The notes under the pieces were generated by a model, which did no database searches, was not told the origin of the DNA, and saw nothing but the letters and a program-made list of their open reading frames with translations. Positions 38,352-52,870 of a DNA stretch of 64,000 nucleotides are shown here, in pieces. This stretch comes from Malacoraja senta (taxonomy: Eukaryota), in the NCBI GenBank assembly GCA_038087875.1, contig CM075990.1, positions 2,668,001-2,732,000 on the forward strand. The letters run 5' to 3'. How positions within the stretch are numbered: position 1 is the first letter of the stretch; each line of letters begins with the position of its first letter. The translations under genes and the position numbers were made by a program.

Positions 38352-38697
38352 GCGGTACCGTGGCTCAGCGGTAGAGTTGCTGCCTTACAGAGCTTGCAGC
38401 GCCAGAGACCCGGGTCCGATCCTGACTACGGGTGCTGTCTGTACGGAGTTTGTACGTTCTCCCCGTGACCTGTGTGGGTTTTCTCAGAGATATTATGTTT
38501 CCTCCTACACTCCAAAGATGTACAAGTTTGTAGGTTAATTGGCTTGGTGTAAGTGTAAATTGTCCCTGGTGTGTGTAGGATAGTATTAATGTGCGGGGAT
38601 CACTGGTCAGCGCAGACTCGGTGGGCTGAATGGCCTGCTTCTGCGCTGTATCTCTAAACTAAACTAAATTAAACTAAACTAAACTAAACTAAACTCA
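38352..38697 (+). mobile_element. tRNA-derived V-SINE (HE1-like), full length
   Basis: Same consensus with a long (ctaaa)n tail. Confidence 0.88.
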
Positions 38698-39116
38698 ATA
38701 TACCTGGTAGTTTGTAAGTTGATAGACACAAAATGCTGGAGTAACTCACCGGGACAGGCAGCATCTATGGATGGAAGAAATGGGTGACATTCCGGCTCAT
38801 GGCCCTTCTTCAGACCTAATCCTTTCATATCTCTATGTCTTCCCTGAAGAAGGGTCCCGACCCGAAACGTCACCCATTCCTTCTCTCCAGAGACGCTGCC
38901 TGTCCTGCTGAGTTGCTCCGACATTTTGGTCTATCTTAAGTGAAATTCAAATACAATTCCACGCAGGAATTCAAAGAGACCTTCAATTCTACAATGTGCC
39001 TGTACAAAGGTGAATCACACCTTAGTGCAAAATACTACCTATTAATAATAAAATTAATTACTAACAGTTGTATACAGTAAAATATTACTTAATGCCACTA
39101 GGAAAACTCATTATGT

Positions 39117-39320
39117 CTAGGAAGGAACTGCAGATGCCAGGTTTAAACTGAAGATAGACACAGAAAGCTGGAGTAACTCAGTGTATCAGGCAGCATCTCT
39201 GGGGATAAGGAATGGGTGACGTTTCGGGTCTGAAGAAGGGTCTCGACCTGAAATGTCACCTATTCCTTTTCTCCGGAGAAGCTGTCTGAACTGCTGAGTT
39301 ACTCCTGTTTTTGTGTCTCT
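39117..39320. repeat. Penelope-pLTR-derived palindromic cassette beginning about 50 bp past the Pax exon donor
   Basis: gctggagtaactcag...gggtgacgtttcgggtctgaagaagggtctcgacc...ctgagttactcc. Confidence 0.75.
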
Positions 39321-39370
39321 CTTAGGAAAACTCATTAAGCAAGTAGCTATAAAGACACAGGAATACTCAC

Positions 39371-39457
39371 TTAGTAATCCCGGGTTGGTGAAACGCCAGG
39401 CTTCATTGTAGGTTGTGTATTGTGGATGAGTGTAAGGATTCCCAGAAAATTCGCTGC
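39371..39457 (-). CDS. pax2: Pax2/5/8-family penultimate coding exon (87 bp, phase 1-1)
   Basis: Minus strand reads tatttccttcctcag|GCAGCGAATTT...GGATTACTAA|gtgagt and translates (G)[28 protein letters not shown]. It splices in frame with the 102-bp exon across a 9336-bp intron. GNPY, NEAW and a split codon starting with A (Ser, rather than the Gly of Pax5) favour Pax2. Confidence 0.93.
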   Translation of the reverse strand, partial: AANFLGILTLIHNTQPTMKPGVSPTRDY

Positions 39458-40392
39458 CTGAGGAAGGAAATACAGAAGACAATGTTTAATACAATGGTAA
39501 GTCGAGAACAAGCTGATGCGTAGTGAATATTGACTTCTCTAACTTCCAGTAACCCTTGCTTTCCCTCTCTTCATAGAAGGCTGTGGAGGCCAAGTCAGTC
39601 GATACTTTTAAGGCAGAGATAGATAGATTTTTGTGTAGGAAGGAACACATTTGAGAGTTTAGGTTAAAGATACATGGAAAAAGACCCTTCGGCTCACCAA
39701 GTCCAGGCCGGCCATCGATCACCCATTCACACTAGTTCTATGTTATCCCGCTTTCGCATCTGCTCCTTACACGTTGTGCAGGAAGGAACTGCAGATGCTG
39801 GTTTACACCGAAGGTAGACACAAAACGCTGGAGTAAATCAGCAGGTCAGGCAGCATCTCTGGTGAGAAGGAATGGGTGACGGTTCGGGTTGTGACCCTTG
39901 ATTAGTACGGGTATCAGGGGTTATGGGGAGAAGGCAGGGGAATGGGGTTAGGAGAGAGAGATAGATCAGCCATGATTGAATGGTGGAGTAGACTTGATGG
40001 GCCAAATGGCCTAATTCAGCTCCTATCACTTATGACCTTATGAACTTATGACCTCTCCATCCCTCCCCCATCCTAGTCCTCTGACTAGTTTGACTGTCCT
40101 CCTGATCAAATTTTACTTTATATTGCCTCGTTATCAACTTCCCCTCAGCTAACGCTGATCTATGTGTAGAAACCAACCGCAGATGCTAGTTTAAATCAAA
40201 GTTGGACACAAAATGCTAGAGTAACAGCAGGGCAGGCAGCATCTCTGGAGAGAAGGAATGGGTGACATTTCAGATCGAGACCCTCTTCACACTAACAATG
40301 ATCTATTCTGCATTTTCCTTAAACTTCTTCCACTTTGATCTCCCATTTTCACACCTCTTCCATATGTCTCCTTTCCCTTTCTCCTGACTCTC

Positions 40393-40426
40393 GGTCTGAA
40401 GAAGGGTCTCGACCCGAAACGTCACC
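40393..40426 (+). ncRNA. Minimal type I hammerhead ribozyme motif (Penelope pLTR)
   Basis: ggt-CTGAAGA-a-gggtc(tc)gaccc-GAAA-cg-TC-acc: core boxes, stem II, palindromic ACGT stem III and a 3-bp stem I. Predicted cut after C40423. Activity untested. Confidence 0.7.
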
Positions 40427-40769
40427 CATTCCTTCTATCCAGAAACGCTGCCTGTCCCGCTGCCTGTCCTGCTGCCTATCTTCTGATGCTTTCAATTGTT
40501 TTGGATGCGATGTAAGCTCCAAGGTAAATCATTCACCACTGTGGTTTATTGCTACATTGAATTACCATCAGAAATATTCTGAAATCAAGAAGGCAGTGCC
40601 TGAAATCTAGCATTAAGTATTTATACCGAGGAGAGGCTTGATAATGCTGGGAATAGTAAATATACACAAGTAAACAAAGTGATGATTATTCACTCCATGT
40701 ATCCACTGAACAGTCAGTGTGACAATGATTAGCATCTCAAATGTGAAATGACAGCACAGTTACTCATAG

Positions 40770-41088
40770 AGTTTAGTTCAGTTTAGTTTAGAGCTACAGC
40801 GCGGAAACAGGCCCTCCGGCCCACCGAGTTCGCGCCCACCAGCGATTCACGCTCACTAACGCTACCCTAACACACTAGGGCTGATTTACAATTGTACCAA
40901 GCCAATTGACCTACAAACCTGTACGTCTTTGGAGTGTGGGAGGAAACTGAAGATCATGGAGGAAACCCACGCAGGTCACGGGGAGAGCGTACAACTCCGT
41001 ATAGACAGCACCCGTAATCAGGATCGAACCCGGGACTCTGGCGCTGTGAGCGCTGTCAGGCAGCCACTGTACCACTGCGCCACCGTGT
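40770..41088 (-). mobile_element. tRNA-derived V-SINE (HE1-like), full length
   Basis: Reverse-complement copy within the Pax intron. Confidence 0.88.
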
Positions 41089-41785
41089 CGCCCGAAGTGC
41101 TGGAGGAGCTCCAGCGGGTCAGACAACGTCTCTGGAGAACAGGGATAGACGATGTTTTGGGTTCGGGACCCATCGTCTGACTGTAGCAGATGGAAAAAGT
41201 TGGAAGAGATGTTGGGAGCAAAGGTGGAGATACTCTGCAGAAGGATCTCAGCCCGAAATGTCACCGTTCCATGTTCTCCAGAGATGTTGCCTGAACCGCT
41301 GAGTTACTCCAGCACTTTGTGTCCCTTTTATTCTGGTAAGTGATAGGTGGATTCAGGTGATGAGGGTTTTCAACTGGCAGATAGTTGAGCAAAATCCAAT
41401 GATGTAAAGACAGAAAATGTGAGACAAGGAGACAAGGATGGAAGCAATGTAAACATTGAAGCCAGAGGAAGGAAAATACATGAAGGCGGATGTGGACTGG
41501 GTTGGGGCGGGGGGGGGGGGGGTTGGGGAAAGACATGTTAGTAAATGACACACATTCCAGATTGGATACAGGGAAGAGAGGGGGGAGGGCGGGTGGTGGA
41601 AGTGGGGAGGGGATCTTTGTCGGTTAGTTACATAAAACAGAGATGAACTTTGCACAGTTCAGGGAAAGGAATGGCGTGATGAAAATGGCCATTGGTCTTG
41701 GGCATAGAAAGATTGAGATCGCCAAAGGCAAATTGTGGAAGCATTACACAAATGAAGGTTTTTTTTGAGGGGGGGGTTTTGAATA

Positions 41786-42690
41786 TTTTTTTTAGAAGCA
41801 AGTACATATCATAATAAGAACATTTCATGTATATCAGTCTTACATTGCTAATATTATCAGTTGTATATTGATTCAGCTTCTAGTTTTTTTTTTATAGATA
41901 GGGAATAAGAAAGAAAAAAAAAAGCATGATAAAGAAGACTGGAATAATTTACTAATAATACAACATTGGAGATAGGTTTGTAAATTATAAAGTATAACTT
42001 CTCATCTAATCCTGAGTTTGAGCTTCAGTCAGGTTCCCGTGCTGAACCGATCTACCCCTTCAAATAGTCAATAAATGGAGACCATATTCTGACAACAAGT
42101 TCTTGTTTGTCCATTAAGACAAGTCTAGTTCTTTTCAAATGTAGGGTCTCCGACATTTCCATAATCCACATTTTAATTGTAGGGGTTATAGGGCCTTTCC
42201 AAAATTTTAATATTAATTTTTTCCCGGTTATTATACTATAGTCGAGAAAATTTCTTTGGCTTGTAGTAAGTGTTAGGGTTTGTTCTGATATCCCTAGTAT
42301 CATTAGTTTTGAGTCGGGATCCAATTTGGTGTTGACAACTTCAGAAATTATTCTAAAAATGTCCGTCCCAAATTTTTTAATTTTTATACAATTTAAGTTA
42401 GCCTCTAAATGCTGACATTTATCACAAATAGGAGAGATATGTGGGATGATTCTATTTAATTTTGTTTTAGAGTAATGTAATCTATGTAATACTTTAAATT
42501 GTATTTAAGAATGTCTGGCATTTAACGAGCATTGATGTATATGTTGTAAACTTTCGTCCCAAATATCTTTCATTATTGGTTGGCCTAGTTCATTTTCGCA
42601 TGTTTGCCTATATAATTCTGTCAGTGGTGCCTCACTGTGTAATAGGATATTATAAATATGAGATATTAATTTATCTGTATTAGGATGTTT
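41786..42690 (-). mobile_element. L1-clade LINE ORF2 C-terminus and 3' UTR
   Basis: WDESLQHIHQCSLNARH..IQFKVLHRLHYSKTKL..CDKC...KKLILKFWK..PTIKMW...RIWSPFIDYL, with stops and frameshifts. Confidence 0.85.
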
Positions 42691-44009
42691 ATTCAAACAT
42701 TCATCAAGAGTTTCTGGGTCACTAGTTCTGTAGTCTTGTGCATTGAAGGTTTAAGACACAACAAACTGCAGATGCTGGAAACTTGAGCAAAAGGCAAAGT
42801 GCTGGAGGAAATGGGCAGCACAGTGACACACAGCGGTAGAGTTGCTGCCTTTCTGCACCAGAGACCCGGGTTTGACCCTGACTGCGGGTGCTGTTTATAC
42901 GGAGTTTGCACGTTCTCCCTGTGACCATGTGGGTTTTCTTCGGGTGCTCTGGGTTACTCCCACACTCCAAAGATGTGCAGAATCGCAGGTTAATTGGCTT
43001 TGATTAAAATTGGTCATAGGTACATAAGTAATAGAAGCAGAATTAAGCCATTCGGCCCATCAAGTCTAATCTGCCATTCAATCATGGCTGATCTATCTCT
43101 CCCTCCGAACCCCATTCTCCTACCTTCTCCACATAACCCCTGATGCCCGTACTAATCACAAGTCTATCTATCTCTACCATAAAAATATCCATTGACTTGT
43201 CCTCCACAGCCTTTTGTGCCAATTGTAATTTGTCCCGTGTGGGTAGGATAGTGAGTGTATGAATGAAGACATTGCTGGTCGGAGTGAACACGGTGGGCCA
43301 AAGGGCCTGTTTCCACACTGTATAGATTCTTAGATTCATAGTCATACAGCATAGAAACAGGCCTTTCTGCCCAACTTGCCCACACAAACCAACGTCCCAT
43401 TTACATTAGTCCTTCCTGCTTGTATTTGGCCCTTATCCCTCTAAACCTGTCCTATCCATGTACCTATATAAATGTTTCATGAACGTTGCCATAGTACCTG
43501 CCTCAAATACCTCCTCTGGCAGCATGTTCCATACACTACTCTAAAGTCTAATGTCTAAAAAAGATGTTAATTTAAGTACACCCAATGTTGACACATGTAA
43601 AATGGAATGGACTTTAAATTGGGCTGGTTAAATCTACTGGTGAATCGCAAGGTTCATGATATCCAAGCTTATCAAGTTAATCAGACCAATTGCCAATGTT
43701 TGTTTCCCACACGGACCTTCCTGCTGCAATTGATTTTTAATTTAGTTTAGAGATACAGCTCGGAAACAGGCCCTTCGGCCCACCGAGTCCACACTGACCA
43801 GCGATCCTCACATACTAACACCATCCTACACACACTCGGGACAATTTACATTTACACCAAGCCAATTAACCGACAATCCTGCACGTCTTTGGAGTGTGGG
43901 AGGAAACTGAAGATCTCGGCGAAAACCCACGTAGGTCGCGGGGAGAACGTTCAAACTACGAACAGAGAGCGCCCGTGCTTGGGATTGAACCGAGTTCACA
44001 CTAATAAAC

Positions 44010-44586
44010 AGATACATGCTCGCAAACTCACACATACACACGCATGTACTCATGCTCACGCTGATAATCAGATGCACACTCACACACACATGTGTGCACA
44101 CACACACACGTGCAAATGGACATGCTCATACTCACAATCAGGTACACACCCGCCACACACATTCACGCACACATGCACACACACACACACACACACATGC
44201 TCACTCATTAACAAATACACACACCCGCACACTCACACACACACACACACACTCATATTCATACTCACAATCAGATACACAACTCACACAAACATACACA
44301 TCCATGCACATACACGTACATGCACACACATATGCACACACGCACCCATGCACTCACACTCACACTCATAATCAGATGTACACCTATGCACGCACATGTG
44401 CACACATATGCACGCTTGCACACATGCTCACTCTCATAATCAGATGTACACTCACGCATACACATAATCAGATACACACACTCGCACATACACATGCACA
44501 CACACATGCACACACACACAAGCACACACACACACATATGCTCACACTTGTAATCAGATACACACACACACACACACACACACACT
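44010..44586. repeat. Degenerate CA-rich array
   Basis: CA/CATG-rich, with a recurring ctcaYaatcagatRcac unit. Confidence 0.92.
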
Positions 44587-45039
44587 CCACTATCTTCCTC
44601 TAGTCTCTCTTCCTCGTTTCAATTAGAAACATTTCAACATTGATTCAATTCACTCTTGAAGAGTTATCTAGTTCATCAGCAAAGCTGACAATATTAAGGG
44701 GAGGTATGGGTTAATACAAAGTAAGGTTTTCTCTATTGAGTCGACCATCACCAGCTCCACTGAAAGTCCATTGACCACTCTGTGAACTCAAAGGTTTGCC
44801 TTTCTCCAAACCTTTCAGATTTAATACACCTCTCCAGTTATTACTTAAGTTAAATAAAGCGCTTACATGTTCAGAATTCATGCTATCAATGTTTCACGTT
44901 TAGGGCTCATTTGCTCCTTAAACTTCCTTTTCAATAAAGAGATCTTGTTCAATAATGTTCGCTCATCATCACTGTAATGTGTTCTTTGTTCCCAGCCCTG
45001 AAGCCACATTCATGCAGTAATGATATTTTTATGCTGTTT

Positions 45040-45347
45040 TTAGTTTAGTTTGGAGAAACAGTGCCGAAACAAGCCCTTCAGCCCACTGAGTCCACACTGA
45101 CCAGCGATCACCGGACACTAACACTATCCTACACACACAAGGGACAATTTACATTTACACCAAGCCAATTAACCTACAAACCTGCACGTCTTTAGAGTGT
45201 GGGAGGAAAATGAAGATCTCGGAGAATACCCACGCAGGTCACGGGGAGAACGTACAAACTCCGTACAGACAGCACCTGTAGTCAGGATCGAACCTGGGTG
45301 TCTGGTGCTGTGAGGTAGCAACTCTACCGATGCACCACTTTGCCGCC
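45040..45347 (-). mobile_element. tRNA-derived V-SINE (HE1-like)
   Basis: Head-to-head with a plus-strand copy at about 45440-45735. Confidence 0.85.
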
Positions 45348-45754
45348 CTTTTTAGTTATAAGTTTATTAAATTAGAAGCTGAATATTAAGCAATAATAAA
45401 CTAAACTGAACTAAAATCAAAGAGGCTACACAATAGGCTATAGAGTTGCTGCCTTACAGCGCCAGAGACCCGGGTTCGATCCTGACTATGGGCGCTGTCT
45501 GTATAGAGTTTGTACGCTCTCCCCGTGACCTGCGTGGGTTTTCTCCGAGATCTTCGGTTTCCTCCCACACTCCAAAGACGTACAGGTTTTATAGGCTATT
45601 TGGCTTGGTATGAATGTAAAATTGTCCCCAGAGTGTATAGGGTTCTGTATAGGGTTTGTGCGGGGATCGCTGGTTGGTGCGGACACGGTGGGCTGAAGGG
45701 CCTGTTTCCGTGCTGTATCTCAAATCTAAAATCTACTACTGGTCAAATACGTCC

Positions 45755-46125
45755 TCTTTGCCTAAGGTCTCTCCACCATCCACAAGGCATATGATAAAAG
45801 TGTGATGGAGTATTCTGCACTTGCCTGCACGAGGGGGAAGCCAACATCTCTCAAGGACTTCAGTATCACTGAGAAACAAACAGCTTACTTGACTGATAAC
45901 CCACCCACCACGACCAAAGTTCACTCTCTCCACTGCTGGCACATCGTAACGGCGTCACCCACAAACCATACCTCAGTTACTTACTCGGACTGCCCAACAA
46001 GCACCTCCCAAACCTTGTCCGAAGAAGGGTCTCGACCCGAAACGTCATCTATTCCTTTTCTCCAGAGATACTGCCTGACTATCTCCCAAACCCAACTCTA
46101 CCAGCAAGAAGCCAGAGGGCAGAAG
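45755..46125 (+). mobile_element. Old, highly diverged CR1-group LINE fragment
   Basis: LSTIHKAYDKSVMEYSALAC...KVHSLHCWHIVTA resembles the YKAQVRSVMEY...HSLHHRR C-terminal region of CR1-group RTs; interrupted by a Penelope remnant. Confidence 0.6.
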
Positions 46126-48185
46126 GGCCTGAGGTGAATAGATCGGGTGAACGCACAGAGTCTCTTTTATCCTCCCATGGACGAATCAAGAACTGCGGTC
46201 ACGGTGCCTTACAGCGAATGCAGCGCCGGAGACCCGGGTTCGATCCCGACTACCGGTGCTGTCTGTACGGAGTTTGTACGTTCTTCCCGTGACCTGCGTG
46301 GGTTTTCTCCAAGATCTTTGGTTTCCGCCCACATTCCAAAGATGTACAGGTTTGTAGGTTAATTGGCTTGGTAAATGTAAAAATTGTCCCTAGTGGGTGT
46401 AGGATAGTGTTAATGTGCGGTGATCGCTGGTCGCTGGTTGGCGCGGACCAGTTGGGCTGAAGGACCTGTTTCTGCGCTGGATCTCTAACTAGAGGGCCTA
46501 GGTTTAAGAGGAGAAGACATAGATTTAATAAGAACCTGAGGGGGCATTGTATTTTCACACAGACGGTAGACACAAAAAGCTGGAGTAACTCAGCGGGACA
46601 GGCAGCATCTCTGGAGAGAAGGAATGGGTGACGTTTCGGGTTTGAGACCCTGGCTGAGGACAACATCACAGTACATGGGGGGATTGTAGACATGCCAGCT
46701 GCTGTGATGTTTGTTTAGTCTGAAGAAGACAGCACAGTGCTGCAGCTGGTAGAGCCGTCACCGCACAACGCCAGAGACCCGGGTTCAATCCAGATCTCGG
46801 GTGCTGTCTGCGTGGAGTCTGCACATGTGGAGGAATTTCTTTAGTTAGAGGGTGGTGAACCTGTGGAATTCTTTGCCACAGTCGGCTGTGGAGGCCAAGT
46901 CAATGGATATTTTTAAGGCAGTGATAGATAGATCCTTGATTAGTACAGGTGTCAGGAATTATGGGGAGAAGGCAGGAGAATGGGGTTAGGAGGGAGAGAT
47001 AGTTCAGCCATGATTGAATGGCGGAGTAGACTTGATGGGCCAAATGGCCTTATTCTGCTTCTATCACTTATGAACTTATTCTGAAGGACAATAAAAACAT
47101 TGGGCCTTCTCAGCTATGGCCAAATCACAAAATGACTAAAAGACAATAAATAATCCAGTATTTACAAAAGGATCGTTAAACCATTTTTGGCGGTTAATAA
47201 CAAAAGGTGCCTGTGATTAATGGGTTTTGAAACAATAAATGAATAAATGGTTATCCCATTCTGAGTTTTCTGCGCCTCCTGTCCTCAGCCAAGCGCAATT
47301 GCTATCATGGGGCGGCGGGTGGAGCTGCTGCCTCACAGCGCCAGAGATCCGGGTTCAATCCTGACCAGGTGCTGTCTGTGTGGAGTTTGCACGTTCTCCC
47401 TGTGACCGAGTGGCTTTCCTCCAGGCGCTCTGGTTTCCTCCCACATCCCAAAGACGTGTGGGTTTGCAGATTAATTGGCTTCTGTAAATTGCCCCTAGTG
47501 TGTAGGTAGTGGATGGGAAAGTGGGATAACTTAGAACTAGTGTGAACGGCTGTCGATGGTTGGCGTGGACTCAATAGGCCATAGGGCCTGTTTCCATTCT
47601 GTATCTCTAAACTAAACTAAACTAAACTACATATCGATACAAGAAACTGCAGATACTATTTACCAAAAAAGATACAAAGTGCTCAGGCATTATCTCCGGG
47701 GAACATAGATAGGTGACATTTCGGGTCGGGGGTCTCCTTCACTCTACTGTGTTTCAAGGCAGGACACTTATCTACAACAGGAAAACCAGCCCTTCGGCCC
47801 ATCGAGTCCATTCCGACCTTCAATCACCCATCCACGCTAGTTCTATGTTATCCCGACTTTCACATCGTCTCACACTAGGGGCAATATACTGAGGCCAATT
47901 AACCTGCAAACCCACACGCCTTTGGCTTGTGGGAAGAAACTGGAGCACCTGGAGGAAACCCATGCGGTCACAGGGAGAACGTGCAGACTCCACGCAGACA
48001 GCATCCAATATTAGGATTGAACCTGGGTCTCTGGCGCTGTTAGGCAGTGGCTCTACCGCCACTGCCTAACAGCGCCACTGTACCACCTTCTTCACACTAA
48101 ATCAACATAGCACCAGCTGGCAAGTCTACAATCCGCCATGTACTCCGATGTTGTCTTCTACTACCAGCCCCAGATACCACAACAG

Positions 48186-48505
48186 GGCGGCACGTTGGCG
48201 CAGCGGTAGAGTTGCTGCCTTACAGCCCCAGAGACCCAGGTTCGATCCTGACCACGAGTGCTGTCTGTACAGAGTTGGTACGTTCGCCTTGTGACCACAT
48301 GGGTTTTCTCCGGGTGCTCCGGTTCACTCCCACTCTCCAAAGACTTACAGGTTTGAAGTATAATTGGGTTCGGCAAAAATAGTAAGTTGTCCCTAGTATG
48401 TGTTGGATAACGTTAGTGTGCGGGGTAGTCGCTGGTCGGCGCGGACTCGGTGGGTCGAGGGGACTGTTTCCATTTTGTATCTCTAAACTAAGCTAAACAA
48501 AGCTA
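48186..48505 (+). mobile_element. tRNA-derived V-SINE (HE1-like), full length
   Basis: A/B boxes, V-domain and tail. Confidence 0.88.
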
Positions 48506-48578
48506 AGGGAGTGAACCCGGGTCGCTGGCGTTGTGAGGTGACGGCTCTACCAGTTGCGGCACTGTGCTGTCTTCTTCA

Positions 48579-49142
<564 letters not shown>

Positions 49143-49145
49143 TAA

Positions 49146-49469
49146 GGTGGTCACGGTGGCACAGCAGTAGAGTTGCAGCCTTACAGCAAATTCACCGCCG
49201 GAGATCCGGGTTTGATCCCGACTACGGGTGCTGTCTGTACGGAGTTTGTACATTCTCCCCGTGACCTGCGTGAATTTTCTCCGAGATCTTCGGTTTCCTC
49301 CCACATTCCAAAGACTTACAGGTTATAGGTTAATTGGCTTGGTAAATGTGTAAATTGTCCCTAGTGGATGTAGGATTGTGTTAATGTGCGGGGATCGCTG
49401 GTCGGCGCGGACCCGGTGGGCTGAAGGGCCTGTTTCCGCGCTGTATCTCTAAACTAAACTAAACTAAAC
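49146..49469 (+). mobile_element. tRNA-derived V-SINE inserted in the expanded tail of an opposite-strand SINE (about 49500-49814)
   Basis: Full consensus; tagact-type repeats on both sides. Confidence 0.85.
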
Positions 49470-51914
49470 AATATACTTCAGATTTTGGACTATATGCTTT
49501 GGACTTTAGACTTTAGATTTTATAGATACAGCAAGGAAACAGACCCTTCAGCCCCCTGAGTCTGCACTGACCAGTAATCATCTGTACACGAGCAATATCC
49601 TACACACTAGGGACAATTTACAAATAACTGAAGCCATTTAACCTACAAACCCGCACATCTTTGGAGTGTGGGAGGAAACCGGAGCACCCGGAGAAAACCA
49701 TTTAGTCACAGGGAGAATATGTACAAACTCCGTACTGACAGCACCCGTAGTCAGGATCGAACCCAGTTCTCTGGCGCAGTGTGGCAGCAACTCTACTGCT
49801 GCGTCACTATGCCGTCTCCAGTGTAAGTGAGGTGCACTGTGGCACGTGAGAGAACAAACAGTCTAATGAACAATGATGTGAGGGTATGTTTATAGAAACA
49901 TAGAAACATGGAAAATAGGTGCAGGGGTAGGCCATTCGGCCCTTCGAGCCAGCACCGCCATTCAAGATGATCATGGCTGATCATCCAAAATAAGTTCCCT
50001 GTTCCTGTTTGTTCCCCATAATCCCTTGATTCCATTAGTCCTAAGAGCTATATCTAACTCTCTTGAATACATCCAGAAAATTGGCCTCCACTGCCTTCTG
50101 TGGCAGAGAATTCTACCGAGTTAGTAGGTGAGTGTTTGAGTGACTGAGATCGAATAAGAGGACAGCGCAGTGGCGTAGTGGTGGAGTTGCTACCTTAGTT
50201 GTGAACTGAAGGACCCGTTTACACGCAGCATCTTTAAAGTCTTAAGAGTGTGTTTATATACTTGGGCAGTGATTTCTGTTTTGTGACGCAGTGTGGCAGC
50301 ATCACAGCTTAAGGATAAGGAGGAAATCCTTTAAGACCGAGATGAGAAAAAACTTTTTCACACAGAGAGTGGTGAATCTCTGGAACTCTCTGCCACAGAG
50401 GGTAGTTGAGGCCAGTTCATTGGCTATATTTAAGAGGGAGTTAGATGTGGCCCTTGTGGCTAAAGGGATCAGGGGGTATGGAGAGAAGGCAGGTACGGGA
50501 TACTGAGTTGGATGATCAGCCATGATCATATTGAATGGCGGTGCAGGCTCGAAGGGCCGAATGGCCTACTCCTGCACCTATTTTCTATGTATCTATGTAT
50601 CTATGTGACACGACGCTTCCAAAGACTGAAAAAGTAGATTTTCAATTATTTTAGCATTTAATTTTAGCATTAAAGATTTTTTTATTTAGATATAGAGCAT
50701 AGAAACAGGCCCTTCAGCCCATCCAGTCCACGTCAAACTCTAGTTCTATCCCACACACTGGGGACAATTTAGTCAATTAACCGACAAACTCGCACATTTT
50801 TAGAATGTGCAAGGAAACTGGAGCACCCGGAGAAACGTCACGCAGGTCACGGGGAGAACGTACAAACTCCATACAGACAGCACCCGTAGTCAGGATCGAA
50901 CCCGGGCATCTGGTGCTGTGAGGCAGCAACCCTACCGTTGTGCCACCGTGCCGACCTTTTTAGTTAGAAGTGTATTAAATTAGAAGGTGAATGGTCACTG
51001 TGAATGGCGCGATTGTAATCATGTACTGTCTTTCCGCTGACTGGTTAGCACGCAACAAAATGTCTTCACTGTACCTCGGTACATGTGACAATAAACTAAA
51101 CTAAACTCAACTCAAAACGGAAGAGAATTTGTTGGGTGTAAATGTCAAAGACTAGAGGCCATAGCTTTGAGGTGAGAGGGAGAAGGTTCAAAGGAGATGT
51201 GTTTTTGCAGAGTGGTGGTTGCTTGGACCCCACTGCCGGGGTGGTGTTGGAGGCAGTGACCATAATAGCATTGGAGAGGCTTTTAGATAGGCACATGGAT
51301 AAGCAGGGAATGGAGGGATATGGATCATGTGAGGCAGAGGAGATTAGTTCAACTTGGCATCATGTTCGGAACAGATATAGAAACATGGAAAATAGGTGCA
51401 GGAGTAGGCCATTCGGCCCTTCGAGTCAGAACCATCATTCAATATGATCATGGCTGATCATCCAAAATCAGTACCCCGCTCCTGCTTTCTCTCCATATCC
51501 CTTGATTCCATTAGCCTAAAGAGCTAAAACTTACTCTCGCTTGAAAACATCCAGTGAATTGGCCTCCACTGCCTTCTGTGGCAGAGAATTGCACAGATTC
51601 ACAACTCTCTGGGTGAAACATTGTGGGCTGAAAGGTCTACCCCCTGTCCTGAACTGTTCTGTGTATGATGTAGATGTGTCCGAGTGTGTGTCTCTGTTTG
51701 CTATGTGCAGGAAGGAACTGCAGATGCTGGTTTACACCGAAGATAGACACAAAATGCTGGAACAACTCAGCGGGACAGGCAGCATCTCTGGAGAGAAGGA
51801 ATGGGTGACGTTTCGTTGCGTCTCGACCTAAAATGTCTCCCATTCTTTCCATCCAGAGATGCTGCGTGTCCCGCTGAGTTACTCCAGCATTTTGTGTCTA
51901 TCTCGACTCGATTC

Positions 51915-52870
<956 letters not shown>

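Noticed and set aside
37283..38538. Long His/Thr- and Cys/Val-rich ORFs (also 43889-44603 and 51879-53083)
   Set aside because: These are translations of (CA)n/(TG)n repeats, which lack stop codons; there is no coding signal.
39186..39370. In-frame read-through past the Pax donor (SEYSCVFI...RDAA*) as an alternative C-terminus
   Set aside because: The donor is a strong gtgagt and the extension runs into Penelope repeat sequence; it would need transcript evidence.
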